DNA from: Takakia lepidozioides
Lineage: Eukaryota > Plantae > Bryophyta
Assembly (NCBI GenBank): GCA_030704615.1
Contig: CM060733.1
Location: 43,152,001-43,216,000 of the forward strand
Direction of reading: 5' to 3'
DNA length: 64,000 bases
Shown here: positions 1 through 13,041 of the stretch, piece after piece
Position numbering within the stretch: position 1 is the stretch's first letter
Layout: each line of letters starts with the position of its first letter
Notes under the pieces: model-generated
Databases searched by the model: none
The model's input: the letters and a program-made list of their open reading frames with translations, nothing else
What the model was told of the DNA's origin: nothing
Made by a program: the position numbers and the translations under genes

Positions 1-303
1 CGTCACAAACTGTTTCGCGAAAACAATATGCGCATTTCTGTTTCTATGTATGCACATTGTCTTGTGTGTCGATGTGGTTCTCTGAGAGCAAGACATGCTT
101 GCTTACGCAAAGGCATGTGTAGCCTAATGCAGGGTCAAGTGGCAGACAAGAACATGGAGGAAATGGAAATGGGTAGCGTCATTACAGCCGTCAGCGCAGC
201 TCTGGGGAGAGGCCTACGTGGGTCTGATATACTGGACAGCCCTGGTGGAGTTCGTACGCAATGTGTATTGGTTCCAGTTACAAAAAGGAGGGATAGCAAC
301 AGA

Positions 304-3300
304 GAGGCGGGGTTTATGGTCTATCTGTTTACGTCCGCACTAGTGCTGGCACACCCCTCCTGCGGTCCTACTTGCAGAGGCACGCGTGGTCGCGGGCGCT
401 GTTGCTGCTGTGTGGCCTGGTTGGCATCTGGGGCCAGTTCCTGTCTTCCCCTCTCACTCGTCCAGCATTTTCTGCAACAGCCACGGGCATCCTTGGGATC
501 TATGTCAATGATGGCCTGTGGGCTGCCACTGCGGCACGAAGGAGGAGGGCTGCATTTGGCGTTGTGGGAGCCTTCTGCTTTTGCAGGTGAGGTCTTTGAG
601 AGGTGCGGGTGGAGAGCATGGCAGTAGGAAATTCGGAGGAACGTGCGAGTCAAGTGTTTGGTATGACTATGCCCAGACGCGAGCTTGAGAGAATCCCAGT
701 GGTGGAGATGGTGTCTTAGCTACACGAGATTGTTTTGAGTTGGGTGGGAATTGGTGACAAAAATGCCTTTTTGACATTTTATGTCTTCAGGAACTTCGTG
801 ATGTAGATGCTGTCTATTTCCATATGATGTTCGCTGAATTTGATGAGATGTCTGTTGTGCGCGGTTTAGCTAGATATGTTTGTGCTGGGTATGATATTCA
901 ACCCCACACAGCAGAGTACATTTTATGGAGTCTGCTGTCAGTATGGTTATTCCCTACAACCACTATGTGATCTGAAGCTTCTCATTTTCATGCTGCCTTT
1001 TGATATGTTGCCTAGCAGAGACAATTGTGATGTTGCTCCCTCTCTCCTCCCTACTTTTCTCTCTCTGGATGTCCTCACAGTTTATAGAATATTATTCCAG
1101 GTTCTGTGATGGGCTTATGCTGGCCCAAGGTGGTGGGGGTTTCTGCTGGTGGGCTTGTTCTCTGGTGTAGTGATTGCACTGCTATTACTCACAGAGGATC
1201 TGGCACCTTTGGATGACTGGCACTCTGAGCAGACGCCCGGTAAAGTGCTTGTTCTTGCTGTTACCTACCGGAGGACCTCCGTCCCCGAAAAAGGCAGAGC
1301 AAGCCCTGGCTCTGAGGATGACTGTGATGATGGTTCTGGCATGACACCGCTTTCTGTGAGGATGCGACAAGGCTGCTCTGCTTATGAGCTCCGGGGCTAT
1401 GTGGGGGTTCAGAATGGCCATGGTTTGGAAGGCAACGGGAGTGCGTTGAAGGAAGTCACAGTACCCATTGAACAGGACCACCTAGAGAAGCAACCAAACC
1501 TGATGGAAATGAACACAGACAGAGGGGGATTGTGGGATCTGATAAATGGTGCAGGTGGGTTTGGTGGACACCAGCAACCTGTGGGCACACCTCCGCAGGG
1601 GGGAGATGCCTCGCTAGAGCAGGGAAGTGGCAGGCAGTGGGGTGAGGGTGAAGAGGTTCCATGGGTCCAGCCTGGTGCAGATGGCTCGGAAAGTGACCAG
1701 GAAGTCTACTGCCAGCATGGCTGGCGTTATAACACCCGCGTGTGCATGCGCACATTGCAGCGGAGGGCTACGTGTTTGACGGGGCATTGGGATTTTGTAC
1801 GGAGTACTTGTCTTCTGTTGATGCTACTAGGCGGAGAGTGTTGAGTGTGGGGTCTGGATGCCTCTGGTTCCTGACGCACTGGCTTGCCACAGCCCCAACG
1901 ACAGTGGCCCGTTGGCTGGGTGTCTCACTGATATGGGCTGCACCCCTTGCAATGGTTGCACTGGGGCTGGGCATGGTGGTTGCTGCAGAGGCAGCACGCT
2001 GCCTGTGGCTGAAGCAGATGAATGGAGTACTGGTGTGGTTGATTGCTATGGTGGGAGCCCTGTTGATGATGTGGCGAATGCCATGGGCTGTGTTAGGGGC
2101 CACATTGCTAGTTTTGATGCTGCCATCAATGTGGGTCATGATGGCATGAAACATGGTAGGAGTGTATCCTGGAGTTGGATTAGGATTGAGTGCACTGGTG
2201 TATGTCCTTTTGGTGGTCTGGAGCACAGCGTTGGTTGCATATGAGTTCATGCCTGGCAGTAATCTTGTGCGTGGAACAAGAGGTGTATTGCTGGGCTGTG
2301 CAGTAGGGGGCATTGGACTTGGAGTAGTAGAGGCCCTGAACTCCACAGCATTGAGCGTTGGGCATCTGGTTCAAGACTGGGGATTGCAAGACTGACATGG
2401 GGTAGTGGTATCCCTGGACGGCGGGTACTTCCCTCTCACTTTCTTTCCATGTTAATGTGTGTCCCTTCACTTACCAGAGAAGGAATGGCTTGGGACCTTT
2501 CTAATATAGATTTTGGAGCAAATAATGAGAGGTGAAAGCTGTGTGAGGCATTCATATATGCTGGTGCAGTCATTTCCTCTCTCATCATATAGGCGTACCT
2601 TTTCTCAGGGTTATTTTGAAGAAGTATTGGCTGAGGTTGTGACCTAAACAAGATTTGAAATACCTGTGTTTTCATTGAGGTTCACGGTTCGGGTGGATGG
2701 GAACAGATACTGGGTGTGTTGATGGCAGTGGTTGGCATCTTTTTGGCTGTTGGCATTATCATGCGCCTCCAGCCTGGTCCTACATGGAATAACAGCACCT
2801 GTGCATCTCTGAGGGCGCTGAACTTCAACATACAGCAAGGCTTCAGCAGGGCTGGCAGTGTTAACTACGATACCATTCTTGCCATGCTTGATGCGGAACA
2901 ACCACATGTCATCATGTCAGGCTCCAATTCTTTTGGTCGAAAAGCTATCAGCTAGCCTAGTTCCTGTTTCCTGCATCTTTGGGTCTCAGAAAATTGTCGC
3001 TTCTCCCAAGTTTTTCCACTTTTTTGCAGAAGCTTTTTGAGGCGGTGTTGGTCTCTAGGGCATATAGGACCCTCTGCTGTGAAACAAGGGGTTGACCATG
3101 TAGATTGAGCTTGAGGCAGGTGTAATAATGTGCAATGGAAATGGTTCGGATGTCTGGCAGGCTGCAAGAGATGGACACAATGCACATCATGCATGGAAAT
3201 CTGGACCTGGTATATTCCTCTTCACGTAGATGCCGTTGATTTGCGTTGTTGCAGTCTAGTCCATAGCTAAATCTTATAGAAGTGACCAACTGCACAGGTC

Positions 3301-3965
3301 ATAAACGAATGCACTCCCACAAGTTCTTGACAGGCATCAAGTCCTATGTGTGATTATGTACACCTTTTACTATGTTACAAGAAATATAATGAAGCCATGT
3401 GATCCCAATGCCTCTGACATCGTCAATTTCCACGGTGGTGGAGCAGATTGATTGTTGGGCAACGAGGCTTAAGCTGTACAGCTGGTATTCAGCAGCCACC
3501 AAGCGGGACACGTGGGGGTGTGCCATGCTCTCTACACAGTTTCTAGCACATGGCAATGCAGGGGTGCTGCCATCTCCTCATGGGGAGATAATGCTTGCTT
3601 TCAACAGGCTGTGCTGCAGTGGGGGCATGCCCAAGTGCATTTGGGGTGGAGTGACAAGCTCTGACATCCTGCTCCAAGCTATGGACATGGTGCACAAAAT
3701 AGATGTGGACATGCCGTTGGTACTGGCGGGTGATTTTAACATGGTACCTTTGACTGCTGCCTACAACACCACAGTTGCGTCCGGCCTTGTCGATGGATAT
3801 GTGAAGCTCCATGGCCCATGGAAGGGTCCTTGGGACAGAGATCCAGGAGCCGGCTATGTATTTAGTTCACCTGCCTTGAATTGCACAATCTGGGAGGAAC
3901 CCCAGTATGACCAGCAATTAACAGCAGACGGGGATCCCACTGTGGCCACCTTTGTTCTCATTTGA
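304..3965 (+). pseudogene. CWH43/PGAP2-interacting protein-like gene (multi-TM region plus C-terminal EEP domain), disrupted
   Basis: Peptides resembling CWH43: GCLWFLTHWLATAPTTVARW (~1855), WSTALVAYEFMPG..RGTRGVLLG (~2220), ALNFNIQQGF (~2815), RDTWGCAMLS...VLPSPHGEI (~3500), LVLAGDFN (~3720). In-frame TGA at 2147-2149, frameshifts and unrelated inserts (~1240-1840, ~2920-3410). Start not resolved. Confidence 0.7.
1750..1840 (+). mobile_element. CACTA/EnSpm transposase C-terminal (DUF4218-like) fragment
   Basis: Peptide AAEGYVFDGALGFCTEYLSSVDATRRRV resembles the CACTA motif xAEGYxxxExLxFCxxYL; only about 30 aa, no TIRs seen. Confidence 0.55.
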
Positions 3966-4728
3966 AATTCTTCTACTATTAACATGCTGCAGATTGCAAG
4001 TGCCTCCTCCTTTTGGCCAAATTGTGGAGATGTTGTACATTACCATTAGCTACTCCTCCATTGATACAAGTGTACAGTTATATTGAAAAATCTTGAAGGA
4101 GCTATCTAAGAGTTGGAAGTTACGCCTGGTAGTATGGACCCACATATCAGCTGTACCTTGTGTCTAAACTAAATTCAAATCGTAGTCCACCCTTGCGCTG
4201 CCATGCCTCGTCTGCTTCACGAGAACAGTGATGTGGGTGCTTGCCAGTCTACCGTCCACAGATCGTTGCAAGTATAAAGCCCGGTACAGACAGCAAAGGT
4301 CTGATATCATGAATCTCCTCAGTAACTTATAGTAAAACCCTATCCCCCTATTGAGCTAGCTTAGAGGGAGGTGCGTTAGTTAACGATGCGTTAGTTGTCG
4401 GGAATTATTCATTCGGCGTTAGTTGTGGGAAGTTGGACGTACAGGACAAGGAACTCTGCTCGTTCGTTATCTGTTCATCCAGAGCTGGATACGCATTCCA
4501 GCTCCAGACGAATGAAAAATCGATGAATATTAGTCGATGAATAATAGACGATGAATTTTATCATCCGTCGTATACGTAGGCGGTACATACGGTATTCGAA
4601 TTAGAGCGGGCCGTTAGGGCATCGTCGTCTTCCTCCGCAGGGAGTGCGAGGCTTCAGTTGGACGCGAGCAGAGCAGAGCAGCAGATGAGACACGGATTGC
4701 GAGAGATGCAGTGAGGCCGCTGAGCAGC

Positions 4729-7700
4729 ATGTCGACTTCAAAGAACCCCAGTCGGGTGCAGTATTATAGTCTCCCTCGCAGGGAGTTGCAAGCGCTGTGC
4801 AAGCGGCACGGTTTGCCAGCCAACAAGACCAATGTCGCAATGGCGGAGGCCCTCTCGGCTTTGCGACCCGTACGTCTCTTTACGTCTTACAGCAGAATAG
4901 AGAATAGTTTTTTGTAAAATGTTGAAAGTGGAGGAGGGGAGAGATGTTGTTGTTACTTTTCGCTTGTGCGCTGGTTTCTGGGGGAGGTGGAAGGGTAAGC
5001 AACAATTTCTCACTTTTCTCATGTGGATTTGATTGCATGGGTACTTTCGACCCTAAACAGCTTGAAAGTACAAGTGTGAAGGCCAATCTGGATATGGTTG
5101 CCCCAGAGGTTATACAGCCACGAGTCATAAAGGCTAAATTGGACAGGATGCGGGAACCTTCTGAAACTTCTTTGGCGGCTGCGATCATCTTGTCCGGGGG
5201 AGTACAATCCGTTGCAACTAATCGCAATGAGAGTCGAAATGGGATACAACACAGGGTGCCAAATGCGAAACCTCATTCTATCCCTCAATTGAAGGCAACT
5301 CCGGTGAGGAGGGGGGTGAAGAGGTGTGAAAGACCACTTCACAACAATGTTGATCAGGCACCAGGTGACAAACATCTCCCTCTGCTACGTTTTCTCTTTC
5401 TTTGTGTCTTCATATGGGCTTTCATCATGCATGAGCTACAAGAAAGCTATGGTGGATGTTACAAATTTCCTATCTTCTATCCCGATTCTTATCTTTTGTT
5501 TCGGCTCCCTTGCGCCCTCTCTTTCTCCATTTTATTCCCATAATTTGAAATCCTCTTGTGGGGCTCTTTCACTATTATTACAGCCAATACTCTCTTTGGC
5601 TTACAGTGGCCGCCTACAAAGTTATTCTCTGTTTCTTTGTCTCTCTCTCTGCCTGACTGTTTGACCACAGCCGTTTGGGTCACATCCATGCATTGTGTTG
5701 AGTGGATTGTAACAATGCTACTCAAAGATCACGCTTTCTGTTGTGATGCCTGTGACATCAAGGGTGGTCTTATAGCCAAATTTGCAGGGAATATGAATGC
5801 ATATTTTGCTCTCTCCCCATCTATGCCATTTTTTATGATCCCTACGTCCTCCTTTCTTCCTCCCAGGCTGCAAACCTTAATAGCAACTAAACACGTCTTC
5901 CACCCTTCCTAGCCCTTGCTCTTCTACCTTGCCCCCTCTACTCTAGACATGCTGCAGATTCTTGGGTCCTGTCTTTGTCTCTTCCCTCCTTTTCTCCGAT
6001 CTTCTGTTTCTCTCGCAAAACAGACTCATGTCTCCTTCAACTCCTCTCTTGGCCTACAACTTACATCTTTTTCTTTTCGATGCCACAAGGTGACGAGAGA
6101 CATGACGTTGGGGAAAATCCTGCTGGGTTCCAGAAGAGGAGACCAGAGATCCCCGAAGCTCAGTGTGTGTTGGGAGAAGCTGGTGTTGGTGAAACTATAC
6201 TTGCTAAAGACCTCCAAATCACTGAGGAAGGTAAGGGGTCAGATGCGGCTTCCCTCACTAATGTAGGGACGACTGGAAGGGCTGTGGAATTGATGATCAG
6301 TCAACAAAGGAGGCAGAGAGAGGAGGCAGAGCCCCCATTGCCAAAAGCTGTTGCGGAGATGGAATTATCCAAAGTTCACAAATGTATTGACTTGACTTTG
6401 GCCAAGTTGATGGACATGATGGACAGGTTCAAAACTTGGAGGGCAGAAACAGAAGAGAAGATAAAGTTAGAAACCTCTGGGGAAACTGTTGCCTGCAAGG
6501 AAATAGTGAATCCTGAGGTGTTGAGACCATGTGAAGTGTCTGTTTGCACTCAGCACGAGGTTGTGGCATGTGAGGCTCCTAGTGCGAAAAAGCGACGAGT
6601 CTCCGCTGGAGGGGCCAGAGTCTCCTCAGAAAAGGAGAATTCTATACACAGTGACTTGCAGGAGTTGAGCCTGCGGAAGTTGCGGGCCCATTGCAAAGAC
6701 AAAAAGGTGTGATCAAACTGAAATCTGTCTTTCTCACTCAGTCTTGTCAAATAGCAGGAGTGTCACTGTTATTGGACTCAGTACAAATGTCTCTCACTTG
6801 GACTTTGTTCCTACATGAAAGGTTGAGTATTGAAAAGTTGTCTGCCTTCTGCAGGCTACAATGGACGGAGTATTGAAGGATAGATCCACGAATGCACTTC
6901 CTGAGAAAGCAGAAGACGTTTCATTACGGGCTGGAGAACTTTCAGACAAGGAGAATTCAGGCCAGAAGGGTCTAAAGGACATGAGCTTGCGCAAATTGCG
7001 TGCTCAATGCAAAGACAAGGTTTGAGAAGCAACTACACCAATATTTTGCGGCTCATGAATAATGAGTCATTGTTGCATTTGTGTTGAGTAAAGGTTGAAG
7101 GCATCTCATGTGGGAAGGCCCTATCCATATGCTTAAGAGAGAGTATGCTGCCATGAAGTCTTAAATCATCATTGAAAGGAGCAAGAGCAACTTTTCAGAG
7201 ACCCCCTAGGCAGGATGCATGTGCAGTGCTTAAGGGTGCTGGTCCTAGAAACCCCTCACAGGAAGCAAGTTATCAACATTGCTTAGTGAAGGGGATGATG
7301 CTATGGCCAGTGACAAGTTGAATTGGAATCTGTCTAGATGCCTACCGGGGCATTGAATCCTTCATGAGAGCTTTTCAAAGTGAAATGAGGTGCAGTGACA
7401 GCCTCTGTGATGCTGTCAAAGAGGGAAAATGTCCCCTATTCTCACGCATCATGTCCATGATTGAAAAGTTGCATTCTTTTGTCCTGGCTGGGTTAACTTA
7501 CTGTACAGGGATTGGTGGCCCAATGTTAGGCAGGCTGTCAGCGTAGTAGCCAGCGTGAGACGGTAACACATTGGGGCAGCTTCAGCTCATTCACTTTTGA
7601 GCAACACTCTCATGCTCAAGGTTGGTCTAAGGATCTGGGGTGACACAGATCTTTCTAGTGCTGATTAAATAGCCCTGGAGCAGAAGTCTCGGAGAGCTCT

Positions 7701-8130
7701 AACATCCTTCTCCTGCCTATTTCAGAATCATTTTCCGTAAGGATACCCACCTGCAGAGGGGAGGAAAGGGATCTCTCTGATGACCACTGTCATGTGGTCT
7801 TCTGTGTTGAAACCTCTTGAGCAGGTCCTGTAAACTATAGGACCAAACTGACACCAGTGCAGGAAGGGTAGTAGCATCTTCCTTCATCCCTTACTTCAAA
7901 GCCTTTCAGAAGTATAAGGATGGTGATTTGTAAGGTGGCTCAAAGGGCTTATATTTTAAAAGAAAGTGAAAACCCAGTACCTTGTTTTATTTATATGAGA
8001 GCTTCCCTTGATTCAGATGATTCCCTACACTACCTTTACTCCAATGATCATATTTTTGTCTGGATTTTGTCTGCAGGGTTTGGAAGGTGTTCGTATGAAA
8101 GAAAACCTGGCACATTCCAGTGAAGGTTGA
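4729..8130 (+). CDS. Uncharacterised plant protein with N-terminal SAP/HeH-like motif and duplicated C-terminal KEN...SLRKLR module (about 5 exons)
   Basis: ATG 4729, YSLPRRELQALCKRHGLPANKTNVAMAEAL; GT-AG exons ~4729-4869, ~5061-5364, ~6090-6706, 6855-7019, 8077-8130 (TGA). Confidence 0.7.
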
Positions 8131-9796
8131 TCCCTTCTGCTTATCCATCGAAACCGCTCAGCACATGGCTATGTACATCAGCATATCTACGAAGTGGTTG
8201 TGCTGGCTAGTTCTCCACCTAGATGCCATTGTCATACATGTCTTTTGTCTTTCATGGATAGTCAAGTCCATAGTACCAATTTTGGAACAGATGAATGGAC
8301 TTCAGCATGCAGCTCTTAGCATCATTCCTCAAGGAGTGCACCATGCAATTGCAGCTACGGTGGGGTCTCAGTCTTAGAGACCAACCCAAAACACCGAGGA
8401 AAGTAGACCCTAGACTCTGTTCCTTTTGAGTCCAGTTTTCTTGCCTCTAGACTAAACTTACAAGTCGAACTGCCAGAAACTTCATGTTATGACTGCATGT
8501 GCAGCTCCTTGTGCAACTATACATAAGATACGCAGATGCCAACTGGAATCTCAAAAGAGCTTTTTGGTGCTATGCAAGAACATGTGTGTGGGGACTGGGC
8601 GAGTCTTCTCCTGGGCTTGAGGGTATCGCTGCTGTATTCCCTGCGAGTCTGGCCCACAATTGATGCCCTCTCAAACTCGGTCTGAGAGCCCTCATCTTCT
8701 TATGACCGCTAACTCAGCCTACGTTTCTGTTAATGGAACGGTCAAGTAATGAAACATCTCCAGAATTCTCAGTTTCTTTTCGTGTGTACAAAGCGGCCAT
8801 CGACGTCGCTGACGCTGTTGCGCACGTAATAACAAGAATCGCACGAAAGCGAGTCGTCTCGCAGATCCCGAGGAGTGGGGCAAGAGAGGTCGGACCGGCA
8901 GAGGAGAGCACGTTGGTTGGGTCTAGGGTTTGCCCAAGATTCTATGCTCGGTATGGGACCAATCGCGCAGCGACAGCGAGGCCTGCAAGCCAATCATCTG
9001 CTGGCGTACTGCCGATCTTTCGAGGTCCATGTAACCGCAGTTCAGAGACCGGCCTAAGTACTTAACCGCAGTTGGACAATCTCCGAGCTTTCTCTCGCAG
9101 CAGCACACTGCTTTCCTTGTGCTGCAGATTTGTTTCTCGCTCTTGTGTTTTCTGGAGTTTGTTGGTTTGAAACTTTGCCTGGTCTTTTTTACCGTTGAGG
9201 TTTTGGGAAGGATCAAGTGCCTGTGATGCTGCTGGATAGCGTTGTTGTCTTCGTTTTCTGTTGCCTTGGACTTTGCCGCCAGATTCCTTTCTAAACGTGG
9301 ATTTGCTGCTGAGGGAGTCGTAGATGGAAATGGGTTTTTTGGATTCGTTGTAATGGAAGCTCTTCAATGAGATGATGTTTCGGTTTGCTTCTTCAGGGCT
9401 TCCGTGAACCTATCAGATATTCTTCCGCTTTCTCTGTTGTTTACCGTGTTTATGTAGTTATGGCATGCAGTGGGTCAAGGTCGAGCATGGACACTTGGCA
9501 GGGTTGACTGGCTTTGGGTAAAGCAGAACTTCCTTGGCATGCTGTTACCATTTGTTTCGGGCAGTTTGGAGGACTCAACTTGTGTATAGTCTTTCGAACT
9601 GCAGTATAAACAGACAAGAAGAGAGAGAGAGAGAGCTAGAGCGAAGTATATTATGTTCGCAAAAGCTCCAAAGGACCCGCGTGTGCTGCAGGGAGAAGGC
9701 TGAATGAAGGGTTGAATGAAGTCTAGCCGAAATGAGAAGACTCGAGTAGGTTCTAATTTCGTGAAGCGATAAGTACTGCAAGCAGTGTGCTATTAG

Positions 9797-12700
9797 ATGG
9801 CGGAGAAATGTCCAGTGAAGAAATGCCTATCGTTGGACGAGACCCTGGAGTGCATATTTAGCTACTTAGACAATCCACGAGACCGCGGGGCTGTTTCTCG
9901 TGTTTGCAAACAGTGGCATCAAGTGGATGGCAACACTCGTAAATATGTCTATGTAGGCAATTGTTACTCAATTGCACCTTCAGCACTGTCCAAACGGTTC
10001 AAAAACTTGAAAAAGTTGAAGCTCAAAGGGAAGCCCAGGGCCGTGGAGTACGATCTGCTGGAGGACGATTGGGGAGGATATGCTGGGCCCTGGGTGAGAG
10101 AGATTGTGAAAGCTTATCCAAGGCTTCAAGCACTACATTTGCGAAGAATGGAAGTGTTTGATGAGGACCTGGAGGCACTGGCTACGGGCTGCGGAGCTGC
10201 CTTACAGGTATTATTCTGCCGTTGGTGCATTTATCTGAGTCAAAGTCAACATGATGCATAATTCAGGTGTTTCTGGTCTTGTGTGCTGTATGAGTCTGTC
10301 TCCTCAGGCATATTCACTCCTGTATGGGTTGCTGGTTTATGTTTGTCTCCCGGTCCTTCAAAAGTTTCGACAAAGCAAGAGTGTGTTTGTAACTTGTAGA
10401 ATGTAATTTGTGACAGAAAGAGAGAGAAATTTCGTGATCTCCACAGACGGCCAGGAGGGCCCATAGGACAAGGTAGGGAAAACCAAGAGATAGTGAGTGC
10501 ATCTGGAGGATTGGCAGAGCTAGAATAGCTTAATGATCAAGAACCTCTAAAGGGAGTGAATGCAGTCCAAGAAGTGGTGGAGCCATTTTAGATTTCTGGG
10601 AAGGTCTAAACCAGCTTTAGGGTATTCTTAGTTTTTTCCCCCTTATAGACTCTGCATTATCCCCCCAGTTTCTTGTTTTTAAAGTGCCAGAGCTTATGTA
10701 CTGCTTCTGTAAATGAAGAGCTGTCAGAGACGCCTTCTCATATGTCCAAGTTGGAGCAATATCCAAGTAATCTATTATGTGTTGATTGTCAGTACTCAAA
10801 TTTTCTCTGGTATATCTCATAGGTGCTGAAGCTGCACAAGTGCTCGGGCTTCTCTACTGCTGGTCTCGGTTTCATTTCTCACTCCTGCAGGTAATTTTTG
10901 TGCTGGGGCTGTCCAGTCAGTGCTTTGAAATATGATGATGAGCTACAATCGTAGGTAAAGGTAAAAGTCAATCAGCTGCGTATCGACAGCCAAATTGCAA
11001 CATTACATTTCGGATCATATTTATGAATCCCAAGCTCTGAGGCTGCTTGCCTGTGCTACTTAAAAGTAACTGTAATAACACTAGTTATAAATACTGCTAT
11101 CCTGTCAAGGGGGCACCACAGTCTTCACTTGAAAGTTTTGAGGTCTGACATATGGGGATGCATAGTTACTTCTGCTTACAAGCGTCACGACTAGCCTGTA
11201 ACATGGATGCCAGGCTTCTGGCCCATAGTGATATTCTGAGCATTTTGTTGTGAGGTAAGTGGGATAGTTGTGTCATGCAGTTATTGAACATCTTTCACTT
11301 GAAGTGAATGAGTGCTTGGAGGCTTGTGTAAGAAACTGTACAGAACCTTTTCACCCCCAATTAAAATATTTTGGATGTTGCTTGAGCCGGTTACATAGAA
11401 CTGGACATGATATTTGCATTCTCATGTATCTGGAAATGGGGAAATTTTACCCGGTTTTGTTGTGGTGCCCAGGTGCTCCTCTCAATCTTAAAGTTTCAGA
11501 TTTATCCTTGTAGACACCTAATTGGAATCTGCTTTGAGTTTTCCCTGTGTGTTGACATGTATGAAGTGATTTTTTCCTCAGATCACTGAGGGTGCTTTAT
11601 CTGGAAGAGAGCGAGATCATGGATGAAGGTGGGCAGTGGCTGTGGGAGCTTGGACAAAACAATCCATCGTTACAAAGTTTGAACATAGTCTCAACGGGGT
11701 TGGACGAGGTCGGTGTGGTGGATGCTGTAAGATCATTGGTACAGAAGTGCAAGGCTCTGATTTCTCTCAAAGTCAGTGAGATCGAAGTGGAGAAGCTGAA
11801 AGAAGTTTTGAAGCTCTGTGTAATGCCGCTTGAGGAGCTTGGAGCTGGATGCCATAGTATTTTTGAGGACCATAAAGCCGTGGCTAGGTCTCTGCTTCCT
11901 GGGTTTTCAAGATTGAAGATTCTTGATCTGAAATTCACTTTACTGAATGAAGAGGCCCACTGTCAGCTGCTTACTTCCTGCTTCTCTCTCGAAGAACTGG
12001 AGGCATGTATTTGGAACTACATCATATTGCTCTTTTTTTGTTTTTATCGGCCTCTCATGTCATTTGAATATAGTGATGGGAAGGACTTACACTGTCTAAC
12101 CTAAGGGTCATCATGGAAAATACAGGTTACCTGCAGCAGCAGAGAGAACTAGAAGAGAATAGGTGGAGGGGTGAGGGAAGGAAGGCTGGAATGGGGAAGG
12201 CTTAACTGTGGCTGACTGGGTGCAGGTGCGAAGTGTGGTCGGTGACAGGGGCCTAGAGGTGATAGGCAGAACCTGTTCAAGGCTCAAGCGGCTGCGAGTT
12301 GACCAGGATGGCTCGTGCTTCATCTCACAAAGGGGGCTGACAGCCATTGCTGAAGGCTGCAGGGAGCTTCAGTTCCTAGTGATGTATCTTTCCAATATCA
12401 CGAATGCAGCACTGGCCGCAGTTGGGCAATATCTCACCAACCTTACGGACTTCCGCATAGTTTTATTACGGACTTTGGAAGTAGTGGAAGATCTTCCCCT
12501 GGATGATGGAGTGCGCTTGTTGCTGCGAGGGTGTCAAAAACTGACTCGCTTTTCAGTCTACCTGCGGCATGGGGGGTTGACCAACCGAGGTCTGGCTTAT
12601 ATTGGGGAGTTCGGTGAGAGACTTACATGGATTCTTCTCGGCTGTTCCGGTGAGGGTGACCAGGGGCTAGCTGATCTAGCGCAAGGATGTCAGCGACTTG

Positions 12701-13041
12701 AAAGACTGGAACTCCGAGACTGTCCGTTTGGGGAGGCAGCACTGTCAAATGCTTGGGAGTCCATGAAATCGTTGAAGTATCTGTGGGTTCAAGGGTATGG
12801 TGCCACTGCCGCAGTTGGTCAAAGCCTATTAATGGAACATAAAAGCCGAGTAGAGGATCACCAGTTTTTGCATGTAGAGGTTATGCCAAACACAAAGCAG
12901 CTTTTGGCATATTATTCACTGGCGAGTCCACGTGTTGATTGCCCACCTACAGTTCAGGTGCTGAGCTCAACCAGTATCCAGTCCATCACATTACCAGGAG
13001 CGGAATTTCCTGGAACCCTGGATGTGCAAGGGGGTTTCTGA
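9797..13041 (+). CDS. COI1-like F-box/LRR protein (TIR1/COI1 family), 4 exons, 571 aa
   Basis: Exons 9797-10207, 10823-10890, 11582-12002, 12226-13041 join in frame. Motifs: F-box (LECIFSYL..PRDR..VSRVCKQW), LKLKGKPRA, WGGYAGPWV, CSGFST, VGDRGLEV, DFRIVLL, LPLDDGVR, YLRHGGLT, YLWVQGY. Confidence 0.9.

Noticed and set aside
28-1844. ORFs 28-627 and 1149-1844 as independent genes
   Set aside because: Chimeric reading frames across the CWH43-like relic and its inserts; no coherent domain.
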